IMG/VR virus record: IMGVR_UViG_3300045988_095469 | Length of the DNA stretch: 34,854 bases | Direction: 5' to 3' (one strand) | From: a virus | Shown here: positions 16,104 through 23,035 of the stretch, one piece after another | How positions within the stretch are numbered: position 1 is the stretch's first letter | How the letters are laid out: every line of letters begins with the position of its first letter | Notes under the pieces: generated by a model | What the model was told of the DNA's origin: nothing | Seen by the model: only the letters and a program-made list of their open reading frames with translations | Database searches by the model: none | Program-made: the position numbers and the translations under genes

Positions 16104-16132
16104 ATGATACGACCTTTTTCGAGGTTTGTCAA
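16104..16132 (-). promoter_or_regulatory. Sigma-A-type promoter TTGACA-17 nt-TATCAT, overlapped by GTATCA direct repeats
   Basis: -35 at 16127-16132 and -10 at 16104-16109 on the minus strand. GTATCA repeats (plus-strand tgatac at 16094-16099 and 16105-16110) are spaced 11 bp apart. Confidence 0.65.
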
Positions 16133-16149
16133 CAGTTTTATAAGATAAA

Positions 16150-16353
16150 TTAGCGAATCTGTTCGATAATATCTCTAATCATTGATGTTCCTGAATCCAT
16201 ATGAACATTTGCAGTTTTCACTGCTCCGTACCAGAAAGTCGCCACAACTGTTTCGTTGTCTTTGTTATATTTCAAACTTTCCAATTCCTGAAAATCTCTT
16301 GTTTCCTGTAATACTGGTACTAATAAATCACATATTTTCTGTCTATCTTCCAT
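16150..16353 (-). CDS. Hypothetical 67-aa protein, translationally linked to the Cro-like gene
   Basis: GAGGAGA RBS. It starts 24 nt after the stop of 16377..16586. Confidence 0.7.
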   Translation of the reverse strand: MEDRQKICDLLVPVLQETRDFQELESLKYNKDNETVVATFWYGAVKTANVHMDSGTSMIRDIIEQIR

Positions 16354-16376
16354 TGGTTTCTCCTCTTTTTATTACT

Positions 16377-16586
16377 CTAAGTTATATCTTTGGGTAAAAA
16401 AATATTATCCTTGGGAATTTTATATATTTCTGAAAGCATATTAAACTCTGCTGGCTTTAATTCTTTTCTGCCTTTCTCCCAATTAATAATAGTTTGCTTA
16501 GTTACTTTGAACTTTTCTGCAACATCTTCCTGTGTAAACCCTGCATTAACTCTAGCTGCTGCTAAAGTAATCTGTATTTTAGACAC
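16377..16586 (-). CDS. Cro-like XRE-family HTH regulator
   Basis: AGFTQEDVAEKFKVTKQTIINWEKG is a classic XRE HTH. It is divergent from the repressor gene. GTG start with GAGAGGAGAG RBS. Confidence 0.8.
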   Translation of the reverse strand: MSKIQITLAAARVNAGFTQEDVAEKFKVTKQTIINWEKGRKELKPAEFNMLSEIYKIPKDNIFLPKDIT

Positions 16587-16603
16587 CTTTTATCTCTCCT
16601 CTC

Positions 16604-16632
16604 TTTACTTTTAATTAACTTCCTGCTATAAT
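16604..16632 (+). promoter_or_regulatory. Candidate plus-strand promoter TTTACT-17 nt-TATAAT
   Basis: The -10 is a perfect TATAAT at 16627-16632. The -35 at 16604-16609 matches 4 of 6. Confidence 0.45.
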
Positions 16633-16639
16633 CTTTTTA

Positions 16640-16746
16640 TCACTTGGGCGACTTAGCAGGAATGTTAAGAAGTGTCGCCCTTGTGTGTGCTTGTTATTTA
16701 TCGCCCTACTTAGTTATTTAAGTAGGGCTTTTACTTTTTCTTTTGC
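16640..16746 (+). ncRNA. Candidate ~100-nt structured RNA or leader/attenuator in the immunity switch region
   Basis: It lies downstream of the 16604-16632 promoter. Hairpin 1 is GGGCGAC (16646-52) / GTCGCCC (16674-80). Hairpin 2 is GCCCTACTTA-N6-TAAGTAGGGC (16703-16728), followed by TTTTACTTTTTCTTTT. Confidence 0.3.
16703..16746 (+). terminator. Rho-independent terminator-like hairpin, plus strand, upstream of the repressor gene
   Basis: Perfect 10-bp stem with a 6-nt loop. The T-rich tail is on the plus strand only. Confidence 0.5.
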
Positions 16747-16854
16747 TTTCTCCAAATCTTCGCTCTCTTCCAAGATTGCTAAGATTTTTCTTGTTTGATT
16801 TTCTTCTGTAGTTTGTTTTAATAATTCTGCTAAATTCATTTCTTCGTATTCCAT
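16714..16854 (-). CDS. Possible 46-aa acidic helical ORF (MEYEEMNLAELLKQTTEENQTRKILAILEESEDLEKAKEKVKALLK)
   Basis: Hand translation. GGAAAGAAG lies upstream. It is a better candidate than the basic low-complexity track ORF 16718..16903 in another frame. Confidence 0.35.
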   Translation of the reverse strand: MEYEEMNLAELLKQTTEENQTRKILAILEESEDLEKAKEKVKALLK

Positions 16855-16927
16855 TTCTTTTCTTCTTTCCTACTATCTCCTTGCTACTCTCATATAGTAT
16901 CATAACTTTAAGAAAGGAGAAACTCCT

Positions 16928-17281
16928 ATGTCTGAAAAAGAATTAAATAGCATTATATGCAAGAAGATTAATTATTATATGGATATTAATGGTACTACTC
17001 AGATGGAACTGGCAAATTATATGGGTGTTTCCCAAGCTACTATATCAAACTGGCAAAAAGGAATTAAAACACCTCGTATGTCAAAAATAGATAAAATTTG
17101 TGAATTTTTTCATATACAAAGAAGTGATTTAATGGAAGATAAGGAAGTTTCAACTGAAGATAAATCCTCTTTCCCAGAAGTCAACACTCTTGCAGCACAC
17201 TTTGAGGGTGAGGAATTTTCAGAAGCAGAAATGGAAGAAATTAAAAACTTTGTTGAATTTGTAAAGAATAAAAGAAAGTAG
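16928..17281 (+). CDS. CI-like XRE-family repressor
   Basis: TQMELANYMGVSQATISNWQKG HTH. AAAGGAG RBS. First gene of the plus-strand lysogeny operon, followed by an ImmA-like gene. Confidence 0.85.
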   Translation: MSEKELNSIICKKINYYMDINGTTQMELANYMGVSQATISNWQKGIKTPRMSKIDKICEFFHIQRSDLMEDKEVSTEDKSSFPEVNTLAAHFEGEEFSEAEMEEIKNFVEFVKNKRK

Positions 17282-17332
17282 TCCTTTTTATGGGACACCT
17301 AAAAAATTATACTCTAGTGGGGAGGTGATTTC

Positions 17333-17809
17333 TTGAATAAGTTAGAACAATTAGAATCAGAAGCCTGCGAGGATGGTATAGAGGTTATTGATTACACTTT
17401 TGAAAACCCTAACATTAAAGGATTGTACTGTGATGGTGTTGTTGGTATAAGTAATAATTTGGAGAACTCTACACAAAAACGTTGTATTTTGGCAGAAGAG
17501 ATGGGACATCATCATACTTCTAATGGAAATATATTAACTATGAGTTCTGCATCCAATCGCCAACAGGAGCATAGAGCAAGGATTTGGGGGTATCAGAAAT
17601 TGATTGATTTAGACAGCATTATTGCAGCTTATGAGAACCACTGCACTAATTTTTATGAGACTGCTGAATTCTTAAACGTAACAGAGCAGTTTCTGACAGA
17701 CACCATAAATGCTTATATGCATAAATATGGTTGCTACATAAAACACAAAAATTACATCATTGAGTTTGGATATAATTCAGTTGGTGTGATTAAAAATATA
17801 AATGATTAG
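17333..17809 (+). CDS. ImmA/IrrE-like (DUF955) putative metallopeptidase with the variant motif EEMGHHH
   Basis: It lies immediately downstream of the XRE repressor. LAEEMGHHHTS sits where the HExxH motif is expected. TTG start with GGGGAGGTG RBS. Confidence 0.65.
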   Translation: MNKLEQLESEACEDGIEVIDYTFENPNIKGLYCDGVVGISNNLENSTQKRCILAEEMGHHHTSNGNILTMSSASNRQQEHRARIWGYQKLIDLDSIIAAYENHCTNFYETAEFLNVTEQFLTDTINAYMHKYGCYIKHKNYIIEFGYNSVGVIKNIND

Positions 17810-17821
17810 AAGGAGGTTTCT

Positions 17822-18562
17822 ATGGGATTATTTAGTAAACGTACTACTTGTACTGTATGTAATTGTAATGAATCAAAGAAAAGTTTAGCAGATGGTTATA
17901 TTTGTAAAGATTGTATTTCCAAATGCTATCCATATATCATTACAATGTCTTGGAAAAATTACAAAACAGATGAAATTAGAATGGCCATATCTAAATCAGA
18001 AAAAAACAAAGAGCTTCTTGAAATTTTTACTCCAACCAAAACTTTCAAAAAAATGCTTTCAGTTGATGCTAATCACAAATTGTGGATGTATGGAACATCA
18101 AATATTGTTTTTAATTTTAATGACGTTGTTTCTTATGAGTTAATCCAGGATGGTGAATCAATAACTAAAGGTGGTGTTGGTAGATCTGTTGCTGGTGGGA
18201 TTCTTTTTGGCGGTGTTGGTGCTGTTGTTGGTGGTCTTACTGGGAAGAAAAAAGTTGTTACCGAAATTAAGGAATATGCATTGAATGTTGTTACAAAAAA
18301 TGAATTTTTCCCTAAAATTCTTATAAATTTTTTGACTGTTACTTCCACTAAATCTAATAGCATTATTTTTAAAACCGCACAGGCAAATGCTCAAAATATT
18401 ATGGCTGAATTTGATTTAATGATTGAATCAACGAATAGTTCTGAAAAAGATATACAATTATCGTCAGCTGATGAACTAAGAAAATTCAAAAATTTACTAG
18501 ATGATGGAATCATCACACAAGCAGAATTTGATTTAAAGAAAAAACAATTACTCGAACTATAA
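17822..18562 (+). CDS. Zn-ribbon (DUF4428-like) / glycine-zipper / SHOCT-domain protein; lysogeny-module accessory gene
   Basis: The N-terminus has CTVC...CKDC. The central segment is GGVGRSVAGGILFGGVGAVVGGLTG. The C-terminus is ADELRKFKNLLDDGIITQAEFDLKKKQLL (SHOCT pattern). AAGGAGG RBS. Confidence 0.8.
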   Translation: MGLFSKRTTCTVCNCNESKKSLADGYICKDCISKCYPYIITMSWKNYKTDEIRMAISKSEKNKELLEIFTPTKTFKKMLSVDANHKLWMYGTSNIVFNFNDVVSYELIQDGESITKGGVGRSVAGGILFGGVGAVVGGLTGKKKVVTEIKEYALNVVTKNEFFPKILINFLTVTSTKSNSIIFKTAQANAQNIMAEFDLMIESTNSSEKDIQLSSADELRKFKNLLDDGIITQAEFDLKKKQLLEL

Positions 18563-18656
18563 CATTTTAAATAAAAAGAGCTAGCCACTAAGGACCAGCT
18601 CCAAAGAATGATGCAAGACCATTCCTTAACCACGAACATTGTATCATTCCTTGGAG

Positions 18657-18705
18657 CACCCGGTCAATCAGAACTATTGTTCTGTGGCTGGGTGTTATTT
18701 TTATA
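18657..18705 (+). terminator. Compound hairpin plus T-run; likely terminator of the SHOCT gene
   Basis: CACCCGG (18657-63) pairs with CTGGGTG (18688-94). An inner CAGAAC-tatt-GTTCTG hairpin lies within. TTATTTTTATA follows. Confidence 0.5.
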
Positions 18706-18734
18706 CCCTTTTTTAGGGAGAAAGGAGATACAAT

Positions 18735-19790
18735 ATGGCAGTATGTAAAGATAATAAAACAAACACATATTTTGTTAAAACCTATTACACCGATTATACC
18801 GGTGCAAAAAAGCAAAAGAAGAAACGAGGTTTTAAGCTAAAAAGGGAGGCTTTAGATTGGGAACGTGAATTTTTGCTGCAAATGCAAGGCGAACCTGATA
18901 TGACTTTAAATTCACTGGCTCGATTATATTTAAAAGACATAAAAACTAGGCTAAAAGAAGTAACCTATGACGGTCATAAACATTTACTAGATAATAGAAT
19001 ACTTCCATATCTAGGCAATAAGCCAATTAATTTAATAACTCCTGCTGATATAAGGGCATGGCAAAATAAACAGATTTCCCAAGGATATTCGGATGCATAC
19101 CTTAAACGTATGAACAGCCTACTTGTTGCTACTTTAAACTTTGCTGTGAAATTCTATAATTTAAAAGAAAATCCATGCCATTTAGCTGGAAGTATGGGGA
19201 AAAGAAAACGAAACAAAATAACATTCTGGACCAAAGAAGAATATTTTAAATTCATTGCATTAGTTGATGATATTACAAAGTATACAATGTTTCAAACTCT
19301 TTACTATACCGGTATTAGAATTGGAGAATTATTAGCTTTGACATACAATGATATTGATCTAGCTAATGGAATCATTAGAATAAACAAAACCGTAAATTTT
19401 AAAGGGGGAAAAGTTATATTCACTTCTCCTAAAACTCCAAAAAGTAATAGGGAAATAACAATCCCGCAATTACTGATTAATGATTTAAGTAATTATATTG
19501 AAAAAATTTATGGCTATAAAATGACCGACCGTGTGTTTCCATATACCAAAGCTATTCTATATAAGGAACTCAAAAAGAAGAGTGAACAGGCTGGACTAAA
19601 AAAGATACGAGTACATGATTTTAGACATTCACATGCAAGTTTATTAATTGATATGGGTATTAATCCATTACTGATTTCTGAAAGATTAGGGCATGAACGA
19701 GTTGAAACTACCCTTAACACTTATAGTCATTTATACCCTTCCAGAGCTGATGAGTTAGCAGAAAAGTTAAACAAAATAGTACCATTTTAG
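18735..19790 (+). CDS. int: Tyrosine recombinase / phage integrase
   Basis: TGIRIGELLAL (R), HDFRHSHASLLI (H-x-x-R) and GHERVETTLNTYSHL (H...Y) form the catalytic signature. AAAGGAG RBS. Confidence 0.92.
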   Translation: MAVCKDNKTNTYFVKTYYTDYTGAKKQKKKRGFKLKREALDWEREFLLQMQGEPDMTLNSLARLYLKDIKTRLKEVTYDGHKHLLDNRILPYLGNKPINLITPADIRAWQNKQISQGYSDAYLKRMNSLLVATLNFAVKFYNLKENPCHLAGSMGKRKRNKITFWTKEEYFKFIALVDDITKYTMFQTLYYTGIRIGELLALTYNDIDLANGIIRINKTVNFKGGKVIFTSPKTPKSNREITIPQLLINDLSNYIEKIYGYKMTDRVFPYTKAILYKELKKKSEQAGLKKIRVHDFRHSHASLLIDMGINPLLISERLGHERVETTLNTYSHLYPSRADELAEKLNKIVPF

Positions 19791-19796
19791 TACCAC
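19777..19796. repeat. Paired TAGTACC motif (tagtaccattttagtaccac); candidate integrase arm-type site, left
   Basis: 18 of 20 identical to 19990..20009. The two TAGTACC copies are 11 bp apart. It overlaps the int stop codon. Confidence 0.5.
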
Positions 19797-19807
19797 TAAA
19801 AGAAAAA

Positions 19808-19840
19808 GGACTTAGGAAAAACTCCTAAGTCCCTTTATTT
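19808..19840. terminator. Bidirectional rho-independent terminator between int and the lysis cassette
   Basis: Perfect 10-bp stem GGACTTAGGA-N5-TCCTAAGTCC, T-rich on both sides (CTTTATTT on plus, TTTTTCTTTT on minus). Confidence 0.75.
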
Positions 19841-19989
19841 ATAGGCTATTCGCCATTATACCGTATTATTCGATAATTGTAGCAACCTAACTAGATATGA
19901 TTGTTTTTAATGTTTTTATATTATTTTCAATGTTTCTAATTGATATATATTCACATTTTACACATTTTTTTTGCATTTTTAACTTTTTC

Positions 19990-20009
19990 TAGTACCGTTT
20001 TAGTACCAT
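19990..20009. repeat. Paired TAGTACC motif (tagtaccgttttagtaccat); candidate integrase arm-type site, right
   Basis: Direct repeat of 19777..19796. It abuts the endolysin stop codon. Confidence 0.5.
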
Positions 20010-20645
20010 TTAAAGTAAGTACTTAGCTTTCATATAACCAACTACACCATTACACTCAACTTTTGCGTATCCTTTTTTAACATACATTACATTGACTTTG
20101 GTTTTGTTTGGAAGTTTTTTCTTTAGGACTTTTGTTCTTGTTTTGTTCCAGATGTTCAATCCTTTCTTTGTTCCAAAAACTTCCTTAGTCCAAGTCTTTT
20201 TGAACTTTTCAAATGTTCCGTAAGTTCTTTTTAACTTAGCCGGAGTATCTCCCCACTTTCCCAGATAAAAATGCGGAGTATCCACAGGGCTAACCCAATC
20301 ACCGCCCCAGGCAAGACCAACTTTCTTTGACTTGGCAATTTTTGCCACTTTTCTAATTGTTGCCTCGTCATACAAAAGTTTCTTGTCATTTATCGCAATA
20401 TCAAAAGCAATGCCCCACTGGTGCTGGCTGGAATAGTCGCTTCCTTTTGCATTGGTTACAATGCTTCCTTTCTTTGTTCTGCCCTGAGCATACAAAGCGT
20501 CCTGCTCTGCCTTGCTTCTAAATCCCTGTGTAATAATAAGATATATTCCTTTCTTTGCACACTGCTTTAAAAGTAAAGTTAACTTGTAATTAAGCCAAGG
20601 GTGTAACTTAGTTCTGTCAATTCTAATATCATATGTTTTGTTCAT
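20010..20645 (-). CDS. Endolysin: M15-family (VanY / CwlK-like) peptidoglycan peptidase with a C-terminal SH3-like binding domain
   Basis: QGFRSKAEQDALYAQGR, SQHQWGIAFDI and WGGDW...DTPHF are metal-binding and catalytic motifs. The C-terminus is KVNVMYVKKGYAKVECNGVVGYMKAKYL. It overlaps the holin stop (TAATG). Confidence 0.88.
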   Translation of the reverse strand: MNKTYDIRIDRTKLHPWLNYKLTLLLKQCAKKGIYLIITQGFRSKAEQDALYAQGRTKKGSIVTNAKGSDYSSQHQWGIAFDIAINDKKLLYDEATIRKVAKIAKSKKVGLAWGGDWVSPVDTPHFYLGKWGDTPAKLKRTYGTFEKFKKTWTKEVFGTKKGLNIWNKTRTKVLKKKLPNKTKVNVMYVKKGYAKVECNGVVGYMKAKYLL

Positions 20646-20854
20646 TATTCTTCCTCACTTTCCACTTCCGGCAATCCTGCAACACTTGTTAACATACTAA
20701 CCACTCCTGCTGTTGCAGAAATTCCAATTATTGAAACCCAATCAAGCTCTGTGATTAAATTTCCAACAGTAATTAATGATACTGCTGTCTGTGCCATTGT
20801 TTTTACAGCTCTGACAGCTGCTGCCTTAATCCATTTCTTTGTCTTGTCACTCAT
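20645..20854 (-). CDS. Holin (phi LC3-like family)
   Basis: 69 aa. KAAAVRAVKTMAQTAVSLI plus a second TM segment and an acidic tail. It lies directly upstream of the endolysin. Confidence 0.8.
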   Translation of the reverse strand: MSDKTKKWIKAAAVRAVKTMAQTAVSLITVGNLITELDWVSIIGISATAGVVSMLTSVAGLPEVESEEE

Positions 20855-20858
20855 TCGT

Positions 20859-21170
20859 TTACTCCTTTCCCTGCTTCATTGGCAGTTCCTTTACTCTCTT
20901 ATAAATCTCTGTTCCTGTTCCATTCCCGCCCAGTGCGTGATATGCCTTGTATAAATGTTCAAAATCATCCAAAGCCTCAACTGATATATACTCCTGAGCT
21001 ATGTACTGTTTTCCCAGCGTGTATATCTTGTTATGCAAAATTGCAATAACTCCGTCCTTAATTAATTTATATGATGAATTTTTTAATTTGACATAATTAA
21101 CTGCACTAACAAAAATTGCACCGATTAATGAAGGAATCCCACACAAGGATAAAATCTGATAAAGTGTCAT
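20859..21170 (-). CDS. Membrane-anchored protein of the lysis cassette, 103 aa with an N-terminal TM helix
   Basis: ILSLCGIPSLIGAIFVSAV TM segment. Its position immediately upstream of the holin suggests a lysis accessory. Function unknown. Confidence 0.6.
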   Translation of the reverse strand: MTLYQILSLCGIPSLIGAIFVSAVNYVKLKNSSYKLIKDGVIAILHNKIYTLGKQYIAQEYISVEALDDFEHLYKAYHALGGNGTGTEIYKRVKELPMKQGKE

Positions 21171-21252
21171 ATGTTTTTCCTCATCTTTCTCTGTTTTTGG
21201 GTATAAAAAAAGGACCTTTAAGGTTCTGCTCTAACATTTACTGTAACTTTCG

Positions 21253-21939
21253 TCAATCCACCATCCATATTGCATGAACCGGTATACACATTCCTTTTGA
21301 AATTGTTAAAGGTCCAGAAAATCCATAATAATTAAAAGATACTGTGCCCCCTGGATTAATTGTCATCATCCATCTGGCAGTTGTCTTATTTTTTATATCT
21401 CCCTGTTGAATAGACCATACATTGCGAGAAGGTCTCATATCCTCAGGAATGTTTCTAAACAAACTATCATGATCTGCAAAACTTGTTAAATTTGTTATAA
21501 TACCCACCAATTCCACAGTTTTCCCAACTCTTCTAATTTTAGGTGCATCAGTAGTGGACCATGCTGATATGCCATATCCACATTCAACCGATTTCCAGCC
21601 TGTATCATACACTTCTCCGGATGTTTCAATAAGGGTTAACTCCTGCCAATCCTTCCAGCCGGCATTTTCATAACGCTTATAAATCACATTGTTCTTTACA
21701 TCAGGAATAAATATCTGAAACTTAGTTGCTGTTTCCCCTTCAACATAAAGCATTCCCCAGTTAGTAATAGGTCTGTTTGTTCCTGCTGTTGTCTTTATGT
21801 GATACACTCCATTTTCTGTTAATGTATTCCAATCCACTGCTGATGTTATGGTTTTTGTACCCAAAAAAATTTTTTTGAGGTTAGACAGAAAACTGCCTAA
21901 CCCCTCTTTATTTAGATACGTATTTTGTATTTTTGCCAT
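21253..21939 (-). CDS. Receptor-binding / tail fibre tip protein with a pyocin-knob-like domain
   Basis: DWNTLTENGVYHI...NRPITNWGMLYVE...KDWQEL pattern is typical of knob domains (from memory). It is the last tail gene before lysis. Confidence 0.6.
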   Translation of the reverse strand: MAKIQNTYLNKEGLGSFLSNLKKIFLGTKTITSAVDWNTLTENGVYHIKTTAGTNRPITNWGMLYVEGETATKFQIFIPDVKNNVIYKRYENAGWKDWQELTLIETSGEVYDTGWKSVECGYGISAWSTTDAPKIRRVGKTVELVGIITNLTSFADHDSLFRNIPEDMRPSRNVWSIQQGDIKNKTTARWMMTINPGGTVSFNYYGFSGPLTISKGMCIPVHAIWMVD

Positions 21940-21961
21940 TATAACGCACCTCTTTTTTTAA

Positions 21962-23020
21962 TTATTCTGTAATGCCAAATAATGCATTTATCTCTTTGTC
22001 TGAGATTGCTGTATAAGTAGTTCCTTCCAAAGTTGCCACTTTTGTTTTTAATGATGCAATATCATTCTTGTTTGTTGCTACCTGGCCATTTGCTAATGCT
22101 GTTACTGCACCTGCTTTTTCATAATTTGTGCTTGCTGTGTAAGCTGCGCTTCCAAGACCTTTTACAGCTACATCTGTTCCGTCAACGGAAACTGTTCCAT
22201 TTGCTGTACCTGTTTTTACTGACTGAACTGCAGTATCAGCCTTTCCTAAAGAAGTCTGAACATCTTTTGCTAATTTTGCCTTAGAAACATTACCATCAGC
22301 AATTTTAACTGTTGTTACCGCATTAGTTGCTAACTCAGTAGCTCCAATAGAACCAGCTACAACAGAAGCACTAATTTCTCTTGTGGTTGAATCAATTGAA
22401 ATCTGAATCTTAGTAGCATTTGCTTTTGCCTTATAAATATCAACAAGAGTACCTACGTTAATATATACCTTGTCATTTGTAGCATTAGCTAATGTTAATA
22501 CTAAATATGTACCTGCACTTGTTGGTGCACCTGTTCCTGTTGGAAGTGTCTGTGCAGTGTAAGTTTTAACCTCACCACTGGATACAACCATATCCTTTGG
22601 AATGTCAATTGTTGCAATATTCTTTCCATTCTGTTTTAAAGTATAAGACTTAAACATTCCGGCTGTTGTTGTAGTATCAACAGTAACTTCCCCTGCTGTT
22701 TTTGTATCACCTACAGCAGATTTAATTTCGTTTACTGCACTTACAAGGTCTGTTTTCTCAGATGTTGTTAAATTAGCCAGTGTTCCTATTTTATTTTCCG
22801 TATCTGCCTTTGCATCACTAACAGCTTTTGATACAGAACCTGCTCCTGTACCATTTAATGTTGCTATTGCATTCGTATTTGCCTTAACCTGACCATCTGC
22901 TAATTCTTTAACTTTTGTTGCAGCTGTTCCTGATGTTTCTTTTGTGTCAATTAAACTTTTTACCTGTTCATTGTAAGTTTTTAATCCTTCAAGATCTAAA
23001 TATTTCTTTTCTGTTGCCAT
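21962..23020 (-). CDS. Tail fibre protein
   Basis: Ala/Thr/Val-rich fibrous sequence. LTTSEKTDLVSAVNEI and IGATELATNAVTTVKIADGNVSKAKLA motifs are common in fibre proteins. Confidence 0.7.
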   Translation of the reverse strand: MATEKKYLDLEGLKTYNEQVKSLIDTKETSGTAATKVKELADGQVKANTNAIATLNGTGAGSVSKAVSDAKADTENKIGTLANLTTSEKTDLVSAVNEIKSAVGDTKTAGEVTVDTTTTAGMFKSYTLKQNGKNIATIDIPKDMVVSSGEVKTYTAQTLPTGTGAPTSAGTYLVLTLANATNDKVYINVGTLVDIYKAKANATKIQISIDSTTREISASVVAGSIGATELATNAVTTVKIADGNVSKAKLAKDVQTSLGKADTAVQSVKTGTANGTVSVDGTDVAVKGLGSAAYTASTNYEKAGAVTALANGQVATNKNDIASLKTKVATLEGTTYTAISDKEINALFGITE

Positions 23021-23035
23021 TTCTTTTCTCCTCTT

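Noticed and set aside
16718-16903. Track ORF of 61 aa (basic, K/R/N/S-rich) in the immunity intergenic region.
   Set aside because: Its composition is junk-like. A different frame on the same strand gives a more protein-like 46-aa ORF with an SD, and even that is low confidence.
18578-18705. Possible tRNA, or tRNA fragment, as an integration target within the hairpin cluster upstream of int.
   Set aside because: There is no GTTCRANNC T-loop, no CCA-proximal acceptor pairing, and the stem lengths do not fit a cloverleaf.
18391-18815. Minus-strand ORFs 18391..18639 and 18588..18815 upstream of, and overlapping, int and the SHOCT gene.
   Set aside because: They are antisense to strong plus-strand genes and span a hairpin-rich spacer. 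They have no RBS and odd composition.
21204-21227. Hairpin plus U7 after the knob RBP gene, as a terminator before the lysis cassette.
   Set aside because: On the transcribed (minus) strand the 6-bp stem has an A-C mismatch. It is too weak to call confidently, though partial termination is possible.
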